Positions 36,935 to 47,000 of a stretch of 64,000 bases of DNA are shown piece after piece. How positions within the stretch are numbered: the first letter of the stretch is position 1; the number at the start of each line of letters is the position of its first letter. The position numbers were made by a program, and so were the translations under genes. The notes under the pieces are model-generated. The model was not told where the DNA came from. It ran no database searches and was given only the letters and a program-made list of their open reading frames with translations. The stretch covers positions 38,289 to 102,288 of the forward strand of contig CAVVDC010000003.1 in NCBI GenBank assembly GCA_963746855.1, given 5' to 3'. The DNA comes from an uncultured Chloroflexia bacterium. Its GTDB lineage: Bacteria > Chloroflexota > Limnocylindria > Limnocylindrales > CSP1-4.

Positions 36935-38086
36935 ATGGCATCAAGTGACCAGACACGCTTGCTGATCGTCGAGGACGTGCCGCAAGTCGCCCAGTACATC
37001 CGCGGCCTCCTGAACGCACAGGGCAAGGTCAAGCTGCTCGACGTCCTGAGTGAAGGCGGCAAGGCCCTGCTCCAGATCCAGGAATTGCGACCGGACGTCG
37101 TGATCGTCGACGCGCTCCTGCAGGGCCGGGTGAAGGGCCCGAGCCTCGTCGAGCAGATCCACAAATCCGGCCTCGGGGTGCCGGTCATCGTCCTGACCGT
37201 GCCGCAGAATCCCATCGAGCCCGATCCGGAGCGGGGCATCCACGGCGTCCTGTCGATGCCGTTCTCGGGCTTCGACCTCATCAACCGGATCAGCGGCGTC
37301 CGCAAGGCGTTCGACGAGGACCAGGAGAACGCGAGCACGCGCATCTTCTCGGTGTTCGCGCCGAAGGGCGGGGTCGGCAAGACGACCATCGCCTTCAACC
37401 TCGCGGTCTCGATGGGCCAGATGGAGCAGCGCACGGTCCTCATCGACGGCAGCCTCCAGTTCGGCGACCTTCGCGCGCTCCTGAAGGTCCCCGCCGACGC
37501 CCCCTCGATCCTCGACCTGCCGACCGACCGGATCGCGGAGTCCGACCTCGGCGACGTCCTGTGGCGCGACCCGTCGGGCATCGACATCCTCCTCGCGCCG
37601 CCCAGGATCGAGATGGCCGAGATGGTCACGTCGCGCGACATCGAGAAGGTGCTGTCGCTCCTGCGCCGCGTCTACTCGGTGATCGTCATCGATATGTCGA
37701 GCTACGTGAACGACGTCAACCTGGCGTTCCTCGACGCGAGCGACACGATCGTCGAGATCGTCACCTACGACTCGACGACCATCCACAACACGGTCGGGAT
37801 CGCCGACACGTTCCGGGCGATCGGCTATGCCGCCTCTAAGGTGCGTTACCTCATCAATCGCGCGGACTCGGCCGGCGGGATCGAACCGGCGGCCCTCGAG
37901 CGGGCGCTCGGCCGCGTCCCGGAGCATCGGGTCGTGTCCGATGGTCGTCTCGTGATCCAGTCCAACAACGAAGGCGTGCCGTTCGTGCTGGCCAATCCGG
38001 ACGCACCCATCAGCCAGGATCTCGCGCGGCTGGCCGGCGACCTGCTCGGCCTCGCCCGGACGCCGGCCGCCGCCGGGCTGCGCTAG
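36935..38086 (+). CDS. Response-regulator receiver domain fused to MinD/ParA-type ATPase (CpaE/TadZ-like)
   Basis: N-terminal REC domain (LLIVEDVPQV...DVVIVDALL). C-terminal deviant Walker A APKGGVGKTT and a MinD fold. Confidence 0.8.
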   Translation: MASSDQTRLLIVEDVPQVAQYIRGLLNAQGKVKLLDVLSEGGKALLQIQELRPDVVIVDALLQGRVKGPSLVEQIHKSGLGVPVIVLTVPQNPIEPDPERGIHGVLSMPFSGFDLINRISGVRKAFDEDQENASTRIFSVFAPKGGVGKTTIAFNLAVSMGQMEQRTVLIDGSLQFGDLRALLKVPADAPSILDLPTDRIAESDLGDVLWRDPSGIDILLAPPRIEMAEMVTSRDIEKVLSLLRRVYSVIVIDMSSYVNDVNLAFLDASDTIVEIVTYDSTTIHNTVGIADTFRAIGYAASKVRYLINRADSAGGIEPAALERALGRVPEHRVVSDGRLVIQSNNEGVPFVLANPDAPISQDLARLAGDLLGLARTPAAAGLR

Positions 38087-38094
38087 GGGGCCGG

Positions 38095-38958
38095 ATGGCC
38101 GATCCCCGTCCGATCGGGGTGTTCGACTCCGGCGTCGGCGGGCTGACGGTGCTCCGGGAGATCGTCCGGAGGACCCCGGCCGAGTCCACGATCTACCTCG
38201 GGGACAACCTGCGCACCCCGTACGGCGTGCGATCCGACGAGGAGGTCCTGGCCTTCTCGACGCAGTCGCTCGACGCGCTCGTGGAACGCGACGTGAAAGC
38301 CCTGGTCGTGGCCTGCAACACCTCGACCGCGGTGGGCCTCGGGTCGTTCCGGCGCCGCTACGACCTGCCCGTCCTCGGCGTCATCCGGCCCGGTGCCTCC
38401 GCGGCCGCCCTCGCCACCCGGAACCGCCGGGTCGGGGTCATCGCCACCCCGGCGACGATCCGGTCGCACGCGTATTTCAGCGCGATCAAGGATGAGAACC
38501 CGGCGGTCGAGGTGTACGAACACGCGACGCCGACCCTGGTCCCGCTGGTCGAGGCCGGCGAGCTGCGTGGCCCGGTCGCGGAAGCGGCCGTCGCCGAGGC
38601 CCTCGGACCCCTGCTCGGGGAGCGCGACGCCGAAGGTGAGTCGATCTTCCCGAAGCCGCCCGGGGCGACGGTCGACACGCTCCTGCTCGGATGCACGCAC
38701 TACCCGCTGCTGCGGCCGCTCATCGAGGCCGCCGCCGGTGCCCAGGTCGCGATCGTCGACTCGGCGACGGCGACCGCGTCGGCGCTCGCGGAGCTCCTGG
38801 ACATGAATGCGCTCGCCGTGCCGCCCGGGAGCGACCCCGCCAGTCACCTCCAGTTGACGACCGGCGATCCCGGGACCTTCCACGCCCTGGCCGCCCGCCT
38901 GTTCGGTGACGCCTTCCCGGACGTCGAGCGGGTCGAGCTCGCGGTCCCGGCCCGATGA
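38095..38958 (+). CDS. murI: Glutamate racemase
   Basis: IGVFDSGVGGLTV, VVACNTS, LLLGCTHYP are the canonical MurI motifs. Confidence 0.9.
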   Translation: MADPRPIGVFDSGVGGLTVLREIVRRTPAESTIYLGDNLRTPYGVRSDEEVLAFSTQSLDALVERDVKALVVACNTSTAVGLGSFRRRYDLPVLGVIRPGASAAALATRNRRVGVIATPATIRSHAYFSAIKDENPAVEVYEHATPTLVPLVEAGELRGPVAEAAVAEALGPLLGERDAEGESIFPKPPGATVDTLLLGCTHYPLLRPLIEAAAGAQVAIVDSATATASALAELLDMNALAVPPGSDPASHLQLTTGDPGTFHALAARLFGDAFPDVERVELAVPAR

Positions 38959-40160
38959 CCGAGCGGAGCGGGCGCGGCCCGGCGTGGCGCGACGACCGCG
39001 TCTGGCAGGCCGGGTTCATCATCGGCTCCGCGCTTGGCGCGGCCGCCACGGTGGTCGGGCGACACGCCGAGCGGTCGGCGCGACGCGGCCTCGTCGACTG
39101 GCCCTCGGTCGAGCGGATCGCCATCGACCGACTCGAGCGCGCCCCGGGACGGCTGACGACCGCCGAGCTCGTCGCCGCCGAACCCGCGTATGCCGAGGCC
39201 ATGGCGAAGATCGTGCCGGCCCTCTCGAGCGCGCTCGGATCCGAGCTGCCGGGGGTCGTCGAGCGGTCGGGCGTGGTCGACCGGGCGGGCTGGGTGCGCG
39301 CCAACGTCGGCACCTTCGCCTCGCTCATCGGCAAGCTCGAGGCGGACCTGCTCGACCAGGTCGTGCCGCCCGGCGGCGGCCTGGCCAAGGCGACGATGGC
39401 CCTCGCGAACCGATGGGTCACGACCCGCCAGCTCGGCTTCCTGCTGGGCTTCATGGGCGGCCGCGTCCTGGGCCAGTACGACCTCGCCCTGCTGACCGCC
39501 GAGCAGGCCCCGGGTCGCCTCCTGTTCGTCGAGGAGAACATCCGCCAGACGGCCCGCTCGCTGGGCGTGCCGCTCGATCCGTTCCGGACGTGGATCGCCC
39601 TGCACGAGACGACCCACGCCTTCGAGTTCGAGGCCCATCCCTGGCTGCGACCATATCTCGCCTCGCGGCTCGAGCGCCAACTGGCCCTGTTCGGCGGCGA
39701 CGCACGCAACCTCGGCCGTGACGCGCTCCGGGCGTTGGGCCGGACCCTGCGCGGCGAGTCCGACGGGGAGCACTGGATGGAGCGGCTCATGGGGCCGGAG
39801 CAGAAGGCGCTGTTCCGGGAGACCCAGGCGGTCATGAGCCTGCTGGAGGGGTTCAGCGACTTCGTGATGGACGAGGTCGGGCAGGACCTGGTCCCGGGGG
39901 TCGAGCGCATCAGTGCCCGGTTCCACGAGCGACGCACGCGCCGGACGCCGTTCGAGCGATCGATGCTCCGGCTCACGGGCCTCGACCTGAAGATGGAGCA
40001 GTACAAGAAGGGCGAGCGCTTCGTCCGGGCGATCGCGGACGCGCGGGGCCGGGTCGCCCTGGCTCGCTTGTGGGACGGCCCCGAGACGCTGCCGCGCGAT
40101 GGCGAGATCGATGCGCCCGAGCGCTGGATCGAGCGCGTCCTGGACGTCTCGGCGACATGA
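38955..40160 (+). CDS. Zinc-dependent metalloprotease (DUF2342 / F420-biosynthesis-associated hydrolase family)
   Basis: HETTHAFEFE (HExxH) motif. ATGA overlaps with the murI stop and with the downstream dehydrogenase start. Confidence 0.75.
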   Translation: MTERSGRGPAWRDDRVWQAGFIIGSALGAAATVVGRHAERSARRGLVDWPSVERIAIDRLERAPGRLTTAELVAAEPAYAEAMAKIVPALSSALGSELPGVVERSGVVDRAGWVRANVGTFASLIGKLEADLLDQVVPPGGGLAKATMALANRWVTTRQLGFLLGFMGGRVLGQYDLALLTAEQAPGRLLFVEENIRQTARSLGVPLDPFRTWIALHETTHAFEFEAHPWLRPYLASRLERQLALFGGDARNLGRDALRALGRTLRGESDGEHWMERLMGPEQKALFRETQAVMSLLEGFSDFVMDEVGQDLVPGVERISARFHERRTRRTPFERSMLRLTGLDLKMEQYKKGERFVRAIADARGRVALARLWDGPETLPRDGEIDAPERWIERVLDVSAT

Positions 40161-41242
40161 CCCCCGACGAGGGGCCGGCCAGACGAGCCGGGCCGGGCAG
40201 CGGACCCGGCGGCGCGCCCACCGCGATCGCCCTGAGCCCGATCCTGTCCGCCCGCTATCGGTCGCGCGACCTGGAGCGGATCCGGGCCGCCGCGCCGGGC
40301 GCCCGGCTCGTGACGGTCTCGATCGAGGGCCTCGCCGACGGGCCCCTCGACGACGTCGAGGTCATGCTCCGCGGCTGGCTCCTGCCGGACGCCTTCGATC
40401 GCCTGCTCGTGCGCGCGCCGCGCCTCTCCTGGGTCCACTCGGCGACGTCCGGCGTGGAACGAGCCTTGACGCCGGCGGCGCGCGAACGCGGCGTGGTCGT
40501 GACCAACGCCCGGGGCGTCTTCAGCCGCCCGATCGCCGAGTACGTCCTGATGATGATCCTGGCCGTCAGTCGACGGCTGCCCCAGCTCCTCGAGCTGCAG
40601 CGCGAGCGGACGTGGCAGCCACTCGAGGGAGCCGAGCTGCGCGACGTGACCGTCGGGATCGTCGGGCTCGGCTCGATGGGCCGCGCTGTCGGGGCTCTCG
40701 CGACAGCCTTCGGCTGCCGCGTCGTCGCCGTTCGACGACGGCCCGATGCCGGGACCGGGCCGACCGCGTCGGAACGCGTGCAGGCCGAGACCGACGACCC
40801 GATGCTCGCCGAGCTCGTGCTCGATCGCGTCGGCGGGCCGGAGACGCTACCCGAGCTCCTCGGCGAGTCCGACTTCATCGTGCTGGCCGCGCCACTGACC
40901 CCCGATACCGAGGCGATGATCAACGACGAGACGCTCGCGCTGGTCAAGCCCGGCTCGTGGCTCATCAATGTCGCGCGCGGTCGGCTCGTCGACGAGCGAG
41001 CCCTGCTCCGAGCACTGCGCGATGGCCCGCTCGGCGGCGCCGTCCTTGACACGTTCCACGACGAGCCGCTGCCGCCGATGTCGTCGTTCTACGACCTGCC
41101 CAACGTCATCGTCACGCCACACACGGCGTGGTCGAGCGGCCGGGTCCTCGACCGCAGCGTCGAGCTGTTCTGCGACAACCTGCGCCGATTCGCGGCCGGT
41201 GAGCCGCTCCTCAACGTCGTGGATCCCGTCGCCGGCTACTGA
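40157..41242 (+). CDS. D-isomer-specific 2-hydroxyacid dehydrogenase family protein
   Basis: NAD-binding VGIVGLGSMGRAVG, catalytic INVARGRLVDE...VVTPHTAWSS (Arg/Glu/His triad). Confidence 0.85.
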   Translation: MTPDEGPARRAGPGSGPGGAPTAIALSPILSARYRSRDLERIRAAAPGARLVTVSIEGLADGPLDDVEVMLRGWLLPDAFDRLLVRAPRLSWVHSATSGVERALTPAARERGVVVTNARGVFSRPIAEYVLMMILAVSRRLPQLLELQRERTWQPLEGAELRDVTVGIVGLGSMGRAVGALATAFGCRVVAVRRRPDAGTGPTASERVQAETDDPMLAELVLDRVGGPETLPELLGESDFIVLAAPLTPDTEAMINDETLALVKPGSWLINVARGRLVDERALLRALRDGPLGGAVLDTFHDEPLPPMSSFYDLPNVIVTPHTAWSSGRVLDRSVELFCDNLRRFAAGEPLLNVVDPVAGY

Positions 41243-41283
41243 GCCTCGGCGGTCGGACCGGCTGACCGGCTACGATCGGTGAC

Positions 41284-42387
41284 ATGCAGACCGCCATCGT
41301 CGGGCTTGCCGGATCGGGCAAGACGACCGTCTTCAACACCCTGACCCGAGGCCATGCCGAGACCGGCGGCTTCGGTGGGGTCACGCTCAACGTCGGCGTC
41401 GTCAAGGTGCCCGACGTTCGCCTGGACCGGCTGGCCGAGATCTTCAAGCCCAAGAAGATCGTGCATGCCGTCGTGACCTACGCGGACCTGCCGGCCCCGC
41501 CGGCCTCGACCGACGGCCACGTCGGCACCGAGGAGCTGCCGCCCGACCACCTGGCCCGCCTGCGCGACTCGGACGCGCTCCTGCACGTCGTGCGGGCGTT
41601 CGAAGACCCCTCGAACCCGCATCCGGACGGCAGCGTCGACCCGGCGCGCGACCTCGAACGACTCGATCTCGAGTTCGTCCTCGCCGATCTCTCGATGACC
41701 GAGCGGCGGTTGGAACGGCTGAAGGGGAGCGGACGCCATGGGACGCCCGCGGAGCGCGAAGCGGCCGAACGCGAGGAGGTCGTCCTCCAGCGCCTGCACG
41801 AAGGACTCGAAGCCGGGAAGCCCATCCGCGATCTCGGCCTCGACGCCGACGAGGAGAAGGCCATCCGAGGCTTCCGGTTCCTGACCCAGAAACCCATGCT
41901 CGTGCTGCTCAACGTCGGGGAAGGGGAGCTGGCGGCGGCGCCCGCGCTGGTCGAGCGGATCGCGGGCGGCTACGACCACGAACACGTCATGGTCGAGGCG
42001 CTCTCGGCCCGCATCGAGATGGAGCTCGGCGAGCTGGATCCCGACGAGGCCGCGGCGTTCATGGAGGAGCTCGGGATCGCCGAGTCCGGCCTGGACCGGG
42101 TCATCGCCCTGTCGTACCGGCTCCTCGGCCTGATCTCGTTCCTGACCGCCGGACCCGACGAGGTCCGGGCCTGGCCGATCACCGACGGCTCCACGGCCGT
42201 CGACGCGGCCGGCGCCATCCACACCGATCTCGCCAAGGGGTTCATCCGGGCCGAGACCGTCCACTACGAGGACCTGATCACGCTCGGCTCGATGGCCGAG
42301 GCGCGCAAGGCCGGCCGCCTCCGCTCGGAGGGCAAGACCTACCGGGTCCAGGACGGGGACGTGATCGAGATCCTGTTCAGCAAGTAG
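41284..42387 (+). CDS. ychF: Redox-regulated ribosome-binding ATPase YchF (Obg family)
   Basis: G1 GLAGSGKTT, TGS domain, and C-terminal ...YRVQDGDVIEILFSK, typical of YchF. Confidence 0.95.
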   Translation: MQTAIVGLAGSGKTTVFNTLTRGHAETGGFGGVTLNVGVVKVPDVRLDRLAEIFKPKKIVHAVVTYADLPAPPASTDGHVGTEELPPDHLARLRDSDALLHVVRAFEDPSNPHPDGSVDPARDLERLDLEFVLADLSMTERRLERLKGSGRHGTPAEREAAEREEVVLQRLHEGLEAGKPIRDLGLDADEEKAIRGFRFLTQKPMLVLLNVGEGELAAAPALVERIAGGYDHEHVMVEALSARIEMELGELDPDEAAAFMEELGIAESGLDRVIALSYRLLGLISFLTAGPDEVRAWPITDGSTAVDAAGAIHTDLAKGFIRAETVHYEDLITLGSMAEARKAGRLRSEGKTYRVQDGDVIEILFSK

Positions 42388-42402
42388 CCCGGGGTCCGGG
42401 CC
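42388..42402. terminator. Short GC hairpin (CCCGG-GGT-CCGGG) between convergent ychF and acidic-protein genes; possible bidirectional terminator
   Basis: Inverted repeat seen in the 24-nt convergent gap. There is no U-tract, so the call is weak. Confidence 0.25.
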
Positions 42403-42411
42403 ACTGGTCGG

Positions 42412-42861
42412 TCAGTTCAGGCGGCCCTCGGGGTCGAAGTCGACCAGGATCGCCTTGTAGTCGACCGACGGCTCGTCGTCATCGTCGTCGCCATCATCGC
42501 CGTCGTCGTCCTCGGCCGCGTCGGCCAGGTCGACCTCGAGGTCGGCCAGGAAGTTCTCCTCCTCCACCACCGAGACGTTGACCGCGGCCGAAAGCTGGTC
42601 GTCGCTGACGTGGATGAAGCCGTGGTCGCGCTCGAGCTCCGTGGCGATGGCCTCGCTGAGGGTATCGTGGTGGTACTGGTCCTGGATTCGACGACGGATC
42701 GTCTGGACGAGCTGGAAGAACTCCTCGGGCTCCCATTCGGACTCGCTGACGACCAGGACGTCCGAGTAGACCTCGTCGTCACCCTCGTGGAGCTCATAGA
42801 AGAACACGTCGGCCTCGCGATACGGTCGGAGCGAGGCGGCAGTATACGCCGGAGGTGCCAT
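42412..42861 (-). CDS. Hypothetical highly acidic cytoplasmic protein (C-terminal Asp-rich tail)
   Basis: Internal ATG gives MAPPAYTAASLRPYREADVFFYELHEGDDEVYSDVLVV ... DDDGDDGDDDDDEPS. Confidence 0.45.
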   Translation of the reverse strand: MAPPAYTAASLRPYREADVFFYELHEGDDEVYSDVLVVSESEWEPEEFFQLVQTIRRRIQDQYHHDTLSEAIATELERDHGFIHVSDDQLSAAVNVSVVEEENFLADLEVDLADAAEDDDGDDGDDDDDEPSVDYKAILVDFDPEGRLN

Positions 42862-43825
42862 GGCCCCGCCCCGCGTCGAGATCCTCCACGTCGGCTCGGC
42901 CTGTCGCGACGTCGTCCCGGACGACCCGCGCGGCTGGCGCCTGGGCGGCGGGGTCACCTATGCCTCGCTGACCACGGCCAGGCTGGGCATCCGGACCGCG
43001 GCGATCATCGGGGTCGATGCGTCGGCCGCGACCGCGAGCGAGCTGGGGATGCTTCGGGACGCCGGGGTCATGCTGCAACTGGTACCGCTGGCCGATGGCC
43101 CGGTCTTCCACAACCGCGAGACCCCGAAGGGCCGGATCCAGACCTCGGTCGGCGCCGGCGTGCCGCTGCCCGTCCCGGACATCCCCGAGTCGTGGCGGAT
43201 GGCCCGCGGCTGGTCGGTCGTGCCGGTCGCCGGCGAGGTGACGGACGCCTGGGCCGGCGTCATCCCGGCCGACGCGCACCTGGCCGTGGCCTGGCAGGGC
43301 TTCCTGCGGAATCTGGCACCGGGCGAGCGCGTCAGCCGCCGGCCGCCGCGCCGATCCGCCATCCTGCACCGCGCCGATCTCGTCGGGGTGAGCCACCACG
43401 ACGTGGCCCCGGGAACGCCCCTCTCGGAGCTGTACGCGTTGCTCCATCCGGGCGCTCACCTGCTCGTCACGCAGGGCAGCGAGGGTGGCCTGCTCATCAC
43501 CATCGGGCCTGACGGCCCGACCGAGACGTTGCGCTACCTGCCCACGGCGACGACCCGCGAGATCGACCCGACCGGCGCCGGCGATACGTTCCTCGCCGCC
43601 CTCCAGTCGACCGTCATGCGGCCGGCCATCGCCGGCCGCCACCGGTCACGTCGCAACCCGGACCTGCGATTCGCGGCGGCCGCCGGATCGCTGGTCGTCG
43701 AGGGCCTGGGTCTCGACGGCGTGCCGGACCGGGCCGCGGTCATCGTGCGGCGGACCCGCGAGCGCATCCGACGCGCGGTGCTCCCGGCCGAGGTCTCCCA
43801 GGTCGGGGCGGTCGACCCGGTCTGA
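42860..43825 (+). CDS. PfkB-family carbohydrate kinase (ribokinase-like; possible 5-dehydro-2-deoxygluconokinase IolC)
   Basis: DPTGAGDTFLAAL anion-hole/catalytic motif and an N-terminal glycine-rich lid. The IolC assignment is inference from the nearby iol cluster. Confidence 0.75.
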   Translation: MAPPRVEILHVGSACRDVVPDDPRGWRLGGGVTYASLTTARLGIRTAAIIGVDASAATASELGMLRDAGVMLQLVPLADGPVFHNRETPKGRIQTSVGAGVPLPVPDIPESWRMARGWSVVPVAGEVTDAWAGVIPADAHLAVAWQGFLRNLAPGERVSRRPPRRSAILHRADLVGVSHHDVAPGTPLSELYALLHPGAHLLVTQGSEGGLLITIGPDGPTETLRYLPTATTREIDPTGAGDTFLAALQSTVMRPAIAGRHRSRRNPDLRFAAAAGSLVVEGLGLDGVPDRAAVIVRRTRERIRRAVLPAEVSQVGAVDPV

Positions 43826-43847
43826 CGACCCGGCGCCGCCGGCGGAC

Positions 43848-44903
43848 TTACGAGCGGTCGCGCGGGGCCGGACCCGTCGACCCGCGGACCTCGAGGCGCA
43901 CCGGCAGCATGACGACCCGCGCCGCGCGAGGTTGGTCGCCGACCGTCTCGCCCGGTCCCGCGGACTCGGCCCGCGCGCGGATCCGCTCCGTCAGGCGTTC
44001 CACGGCCCAGTAGCCCATCTCGGCCGTGCTCTGGCTCATGGTCGTGAGCGGCGGGTCGACGTAGGCCGCGAGGGCGACATCGTCGAATCCGACGACGCTG
44101 ACATCGCCCGGCACCGACCGGCCCCGCCGGCGCAGGGCGCGCAACGCCCCGATCGCCATCAGGTCGTTGTAGGCGAGGACCGCGGTCGTCTCCGGCGCCC
44201 GGTCCAGGAGTTCGAGCATCGCCGCCTCGCCCCCGCCGACGAGCGGTGCGCCACTGGCGACCGCGATCGGCTCGGCGCCCGGCCGGGCCGCCTCGAGGGC
44301 GTCGCGGACGCCGGCCAGCCGCTCCGGCGCGTCGACGTTCCGTGGCGGCGGCATCAGGTAGCCGAACCGCCGATGCCCGAGGTCGATCAGGTGCTGGGCG
44401 GCCAGCCGGCCACCGGCCCGATTGTCGGACTGGATGGACGGCAGGTCGACGTCGACGGCGGTCGTGTTGATCAGCACCACGGGGAGCGGTGACGATGTGA
44501 GCCACTCCCCGTGACGGACGCCGAGGCTGCTGGCGGCGATGATCAGGCCGTCGACCCGCCGTTCGACGAGCAGGTCGAGATACGCCGACTCACGCTCGGG
44601 ATCGTCGGCGGCGTTGCACAGCAGGATCGTGTAGCCCTCGGCCCGGGCGGCGTCCTCGACCGCGCGGACCAGCTCCGGGAAGTACGGGTTCTCGATGTCG
44701 GTGACGATCAGGCCGAACGTCTGGGTCGACCGTCGCTGGAGCGAGCGGGCGACGCCGGACGGGCGGTAGTCGAGGTCGCGGGCGGCCGCCATGATCCGGT
44801 CGCGCGTCTCGGGACGAGCGTGGCCCAGGCCCGCCAGCACCCGGCTGACCGTCGCCGTCGAGACCCTGGCTCGACGGGCGACGTCAGCGATGGTCGCGAC
44901 CAT
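43848..44903 (-). CDS. LacI-family transcriptional regulator
   Basis: N-terminal HTH MVATIADVARRARVSTATVSRVL plus a periplasmic-binding-protein-like effector domain. Confidence 0.9.
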   Translation of the reverse strand: MVATIADVARRARVSTATVSRVLAGLGHARPETRDRIMAAARDLDYRPSGVARSLQRRSTQTFGLIVTDIENPYFPELVRAVEDAARAEGYTILLCNAADDPERESAYLDLLVERRVDGLIIAASSLGVRHGEWLTSSPLPVVLINTTAVDVDLPSIQSDNRAGGRLAAQHLIDLGHRRFGYLMPPPRNVDAPERLAGVRDALEAARPGAEPIAVASGAPLVGGGEAAMLELLDRAPETTAVLAYNDLMAIGALRALRRRGRSVPGDVSVVGFDDVALAAYVDPPLTTMSQSTAEMGYWAVERLTERIRARAESAGPGETVGDQPRAARVVMLPVRLEVRGSTGPAPRDRS

Positions 44904-44910
44904 CTGCGGC

Positions 44911-45822
44911 TCAGAAGTGCTTGTCTTCGCCGAAGATCTTCACCGAATCCGGGTCCGTCCCGATCGGCACGGCCGGGACGTCCTCCCCGCGCGCTTCGCG
45001 GCGAGCCAGGATCTCCAGGTCCGCCTGCAGCTCCTCGAGCTCGGAGCCGCCGCCCATCATCGCGTGGAGCTGCTCGGCGTTGAGCTCGCCACGGCGGTAC
45101 GTCCCGCCCGATCGGCCGCGGGTCAGGATGGTGAACGAGTCACCGATCGGCAGCGCGTGCTGGACGTTGTGGGTGATGAAGATCACGCCGAGCCCCTTGT
45201 TCCGGGCGGCGATGGCGTGCCGGAGGACGATCGCCGACTCCTTCACGCCGAGTGCCGATGTCGGCTCGTCGAGGATGAGCACCTTCGCCCCGAAGTACTC
45301 GGCCCGCGCGATCGCCAGGGTCTGGCGCTCGCCACCGGACAGGGTTCCGACGAGCTGCTCGGTGTCGCGCACGTCGATCCCGATGTTGTGCATCTCCTCC
45401 TTGGCGACCCGGGCCGCCTTGGCAGCGTCGAACCGTTTGAAGGGTCCGAACCCGGTCGTCGGCTCGTTGCCGAGGAAGAAGTTGCGGCTGATGCTCATCA
45501 GCGGCATGACCGAGAGATCCTGGTAGACGGTCGCGATGCCGGCGTTCAGGGCATCGCGCGGCGAGCTGAAGGTCACCGGCTCGCCATCGATGGCCAGGGT
45601 GCCCTCGTCCGGCGGATGGACGCCCGAGAGGGTCTTGATCAGGGTCGACTTGCCGGCCCCGTTGTCACCGAGCAGGCAGTTGATCTCGCCGGCCCGGACC
45701 TCCAGCGAGACGCCCTCGAGCGCGACGACGGCGCCGAAATACTTCGAGATGTCGCGCGCCTCGAGGAGCGCCGGGCGGTTCGTGCCGCTTGGGTTGACCG
45801 GAGCGGCCATTGGCATCGTCAT
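44911..45822 (-). CDS. Sugar ABC transporter ATP-binding protein (single NBD, CUT2-like)
   Basis: Walker [10 protein letters not shown], signature LSGGERQ, Walker B ILILDEPT. Confidence 0.9.
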   Translation of the reverse strand: MTMPMAAPVNPSGTNRPALLEARDISKYFGAVVALEGVSLEVRAGEINCLLGDNGAGKSTLIKTLSGVHPPDEGTLAIDGEPVTFSSPRDALNAGIATVYQDLSVMPLMSISRNFFLGNEPTTGFGPFKRFDAAKAARVAKEEMHNIGIDVRDTEQLVGTLSGGERQTLAIARAEYFGAKVLILDEPTSALGVKESAIVLRHAIAARNKGLGVIFITHNVQHALPIGDSFTILTRGRSGGTYRRGELNAEQLHAMMGGGSELEELQADLEILARREARGEDVPAVPIGTDPDSVKIFGEDKHF

Positions 45823-45837
45823 GACGTGCGCCCTCCG

Positions 45838-46926
45838 CTAGCGCAGGCCGGCGAAGCGTCGCCGGATCCAGTTGTTGAGGACGACGGCCGACAGCAGCAA
45901 GACGCCGATCGCGATCTTGTACCAGTCGGCGTTGATCGACGCGTAGACGATCCCGATGTTGGCCATCCCGAGGGCCAGCGCGCCGAGCGCGGTCCCGGCG
46001 ACGGACCCGTATCCGCCGGTCAGGAGGCAGCCGCCGATGACGGCCATCGTGATCGCGGTCAGCTCGTAGCCGGCGCCGCGCTGGATGTCGGCGGACGCGA
46101 ACTGCATGCTCTGGCAGGCCGCCAGGATCGACGCCGAGAAGGCCGTCGACGCGAACAGCGTGATCTTCACGCGCGACACCGGGACGCCGAGATTGCGTGC
46201 GGCGTTCGGCGAGCCTCCGACGCCGGCGATCCAGTTGCCGAACTTGCGCCGGCCGAGGACGTAGGCGCCGATCGCCGCGATGGCGATCCACCAGACCACG
46301 GATACGTACAGGTCCGATGTCGCCTGGTCGAACTTGAGTGACAGCTTCCAGTTGAAGAACGCCGCCAGCGGGTCGGCGTCGATCAGCGTCTTGTTGATCG
46401 AGATGAACGTGATGTTCGTGAGGCCCAGGACCAGGACCGACGACAGCCCCGCGATGATGAACATCGTGGCCAGGGTCACGATGAACGATGGCAACCCGGT
46501 CCGAACGACGATGAGTCCGTTGAGGACACCGAGGCCGGTGGTGAGCGCCATCGAGATGAGGATCGACAGCCAGATCGGCAGGCCCCAGATCGTCGAGCCG
46601 ATCCCGATCATGATCCCGGCGAAGCCGACGAGCGAGCCGACCGAGAGGTCGAACTCCCCGGCGATCATCAGCAGCGCGACCGAGGTCGCGATGATCCCGA
46701 CCTGAGAGGCGACGCCGACGTAGTTCAGCACGCCCGGGATCGACAGGAATGCGGTGCTCCCTCGGGCCAGCGACAGCACGCTGAACACGATGAAGACGAA
46801 GACCACGATGACGAGGGCTCCCGCGGCGGGCCGCGCGAGCAGACGCTGGGCGAGGGAGATCTCTCGTAGTCGCTCGGGCGCCGGCGCTGGTCCGGCGCTG
46901 GTGGTCGCCGTCATCGATGCCTCCAT
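45838..46926 (-). CDS. Sugar ABC transporter permease (ribose/xylose/inositol-type)
   Basis: 362 aa, about 10 TM helices, AraH/RbsC-like. Confidence 0.85.
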   Translation of the reverse strand: MEASMTATTSAGPAPAPERLREISLAQRLLARPAAGALVIVVFVFIVFSVLSLARGSTAFLSIPGVLNYVGVASQVGIIATSVALLMIAGEFDLSVGSLVGFAGIMIGIGSTIWGLPIWLSILISMALTTGLGVLNGLIVVRTGLPSFIVTLATMFIIAGLSSVLVLGLTNITFISINKTLIDADPLAAFFNWKLSLKFDQATSDLYVSVVWWIAIAAIGAYVLGRRKFGNWIAGVGGSPNAARNLGVPVSRVKITLFASTAFSASILAACQSMQFASADIQRGAGYELTAITMAVIGGCLLTGGYGSVAGTALGALALGMANIGIVYASINADWYKIAIGVLLLSAVVLNNWIRRRFAGLR

Positions 46927-47000
46927 CGGTCGGTGGAGGGGTCGAGCGCGAGCTCGACCCCTCCGGGGAAGCGTCGGCGGACCGACGCCTGACGCTCAGG

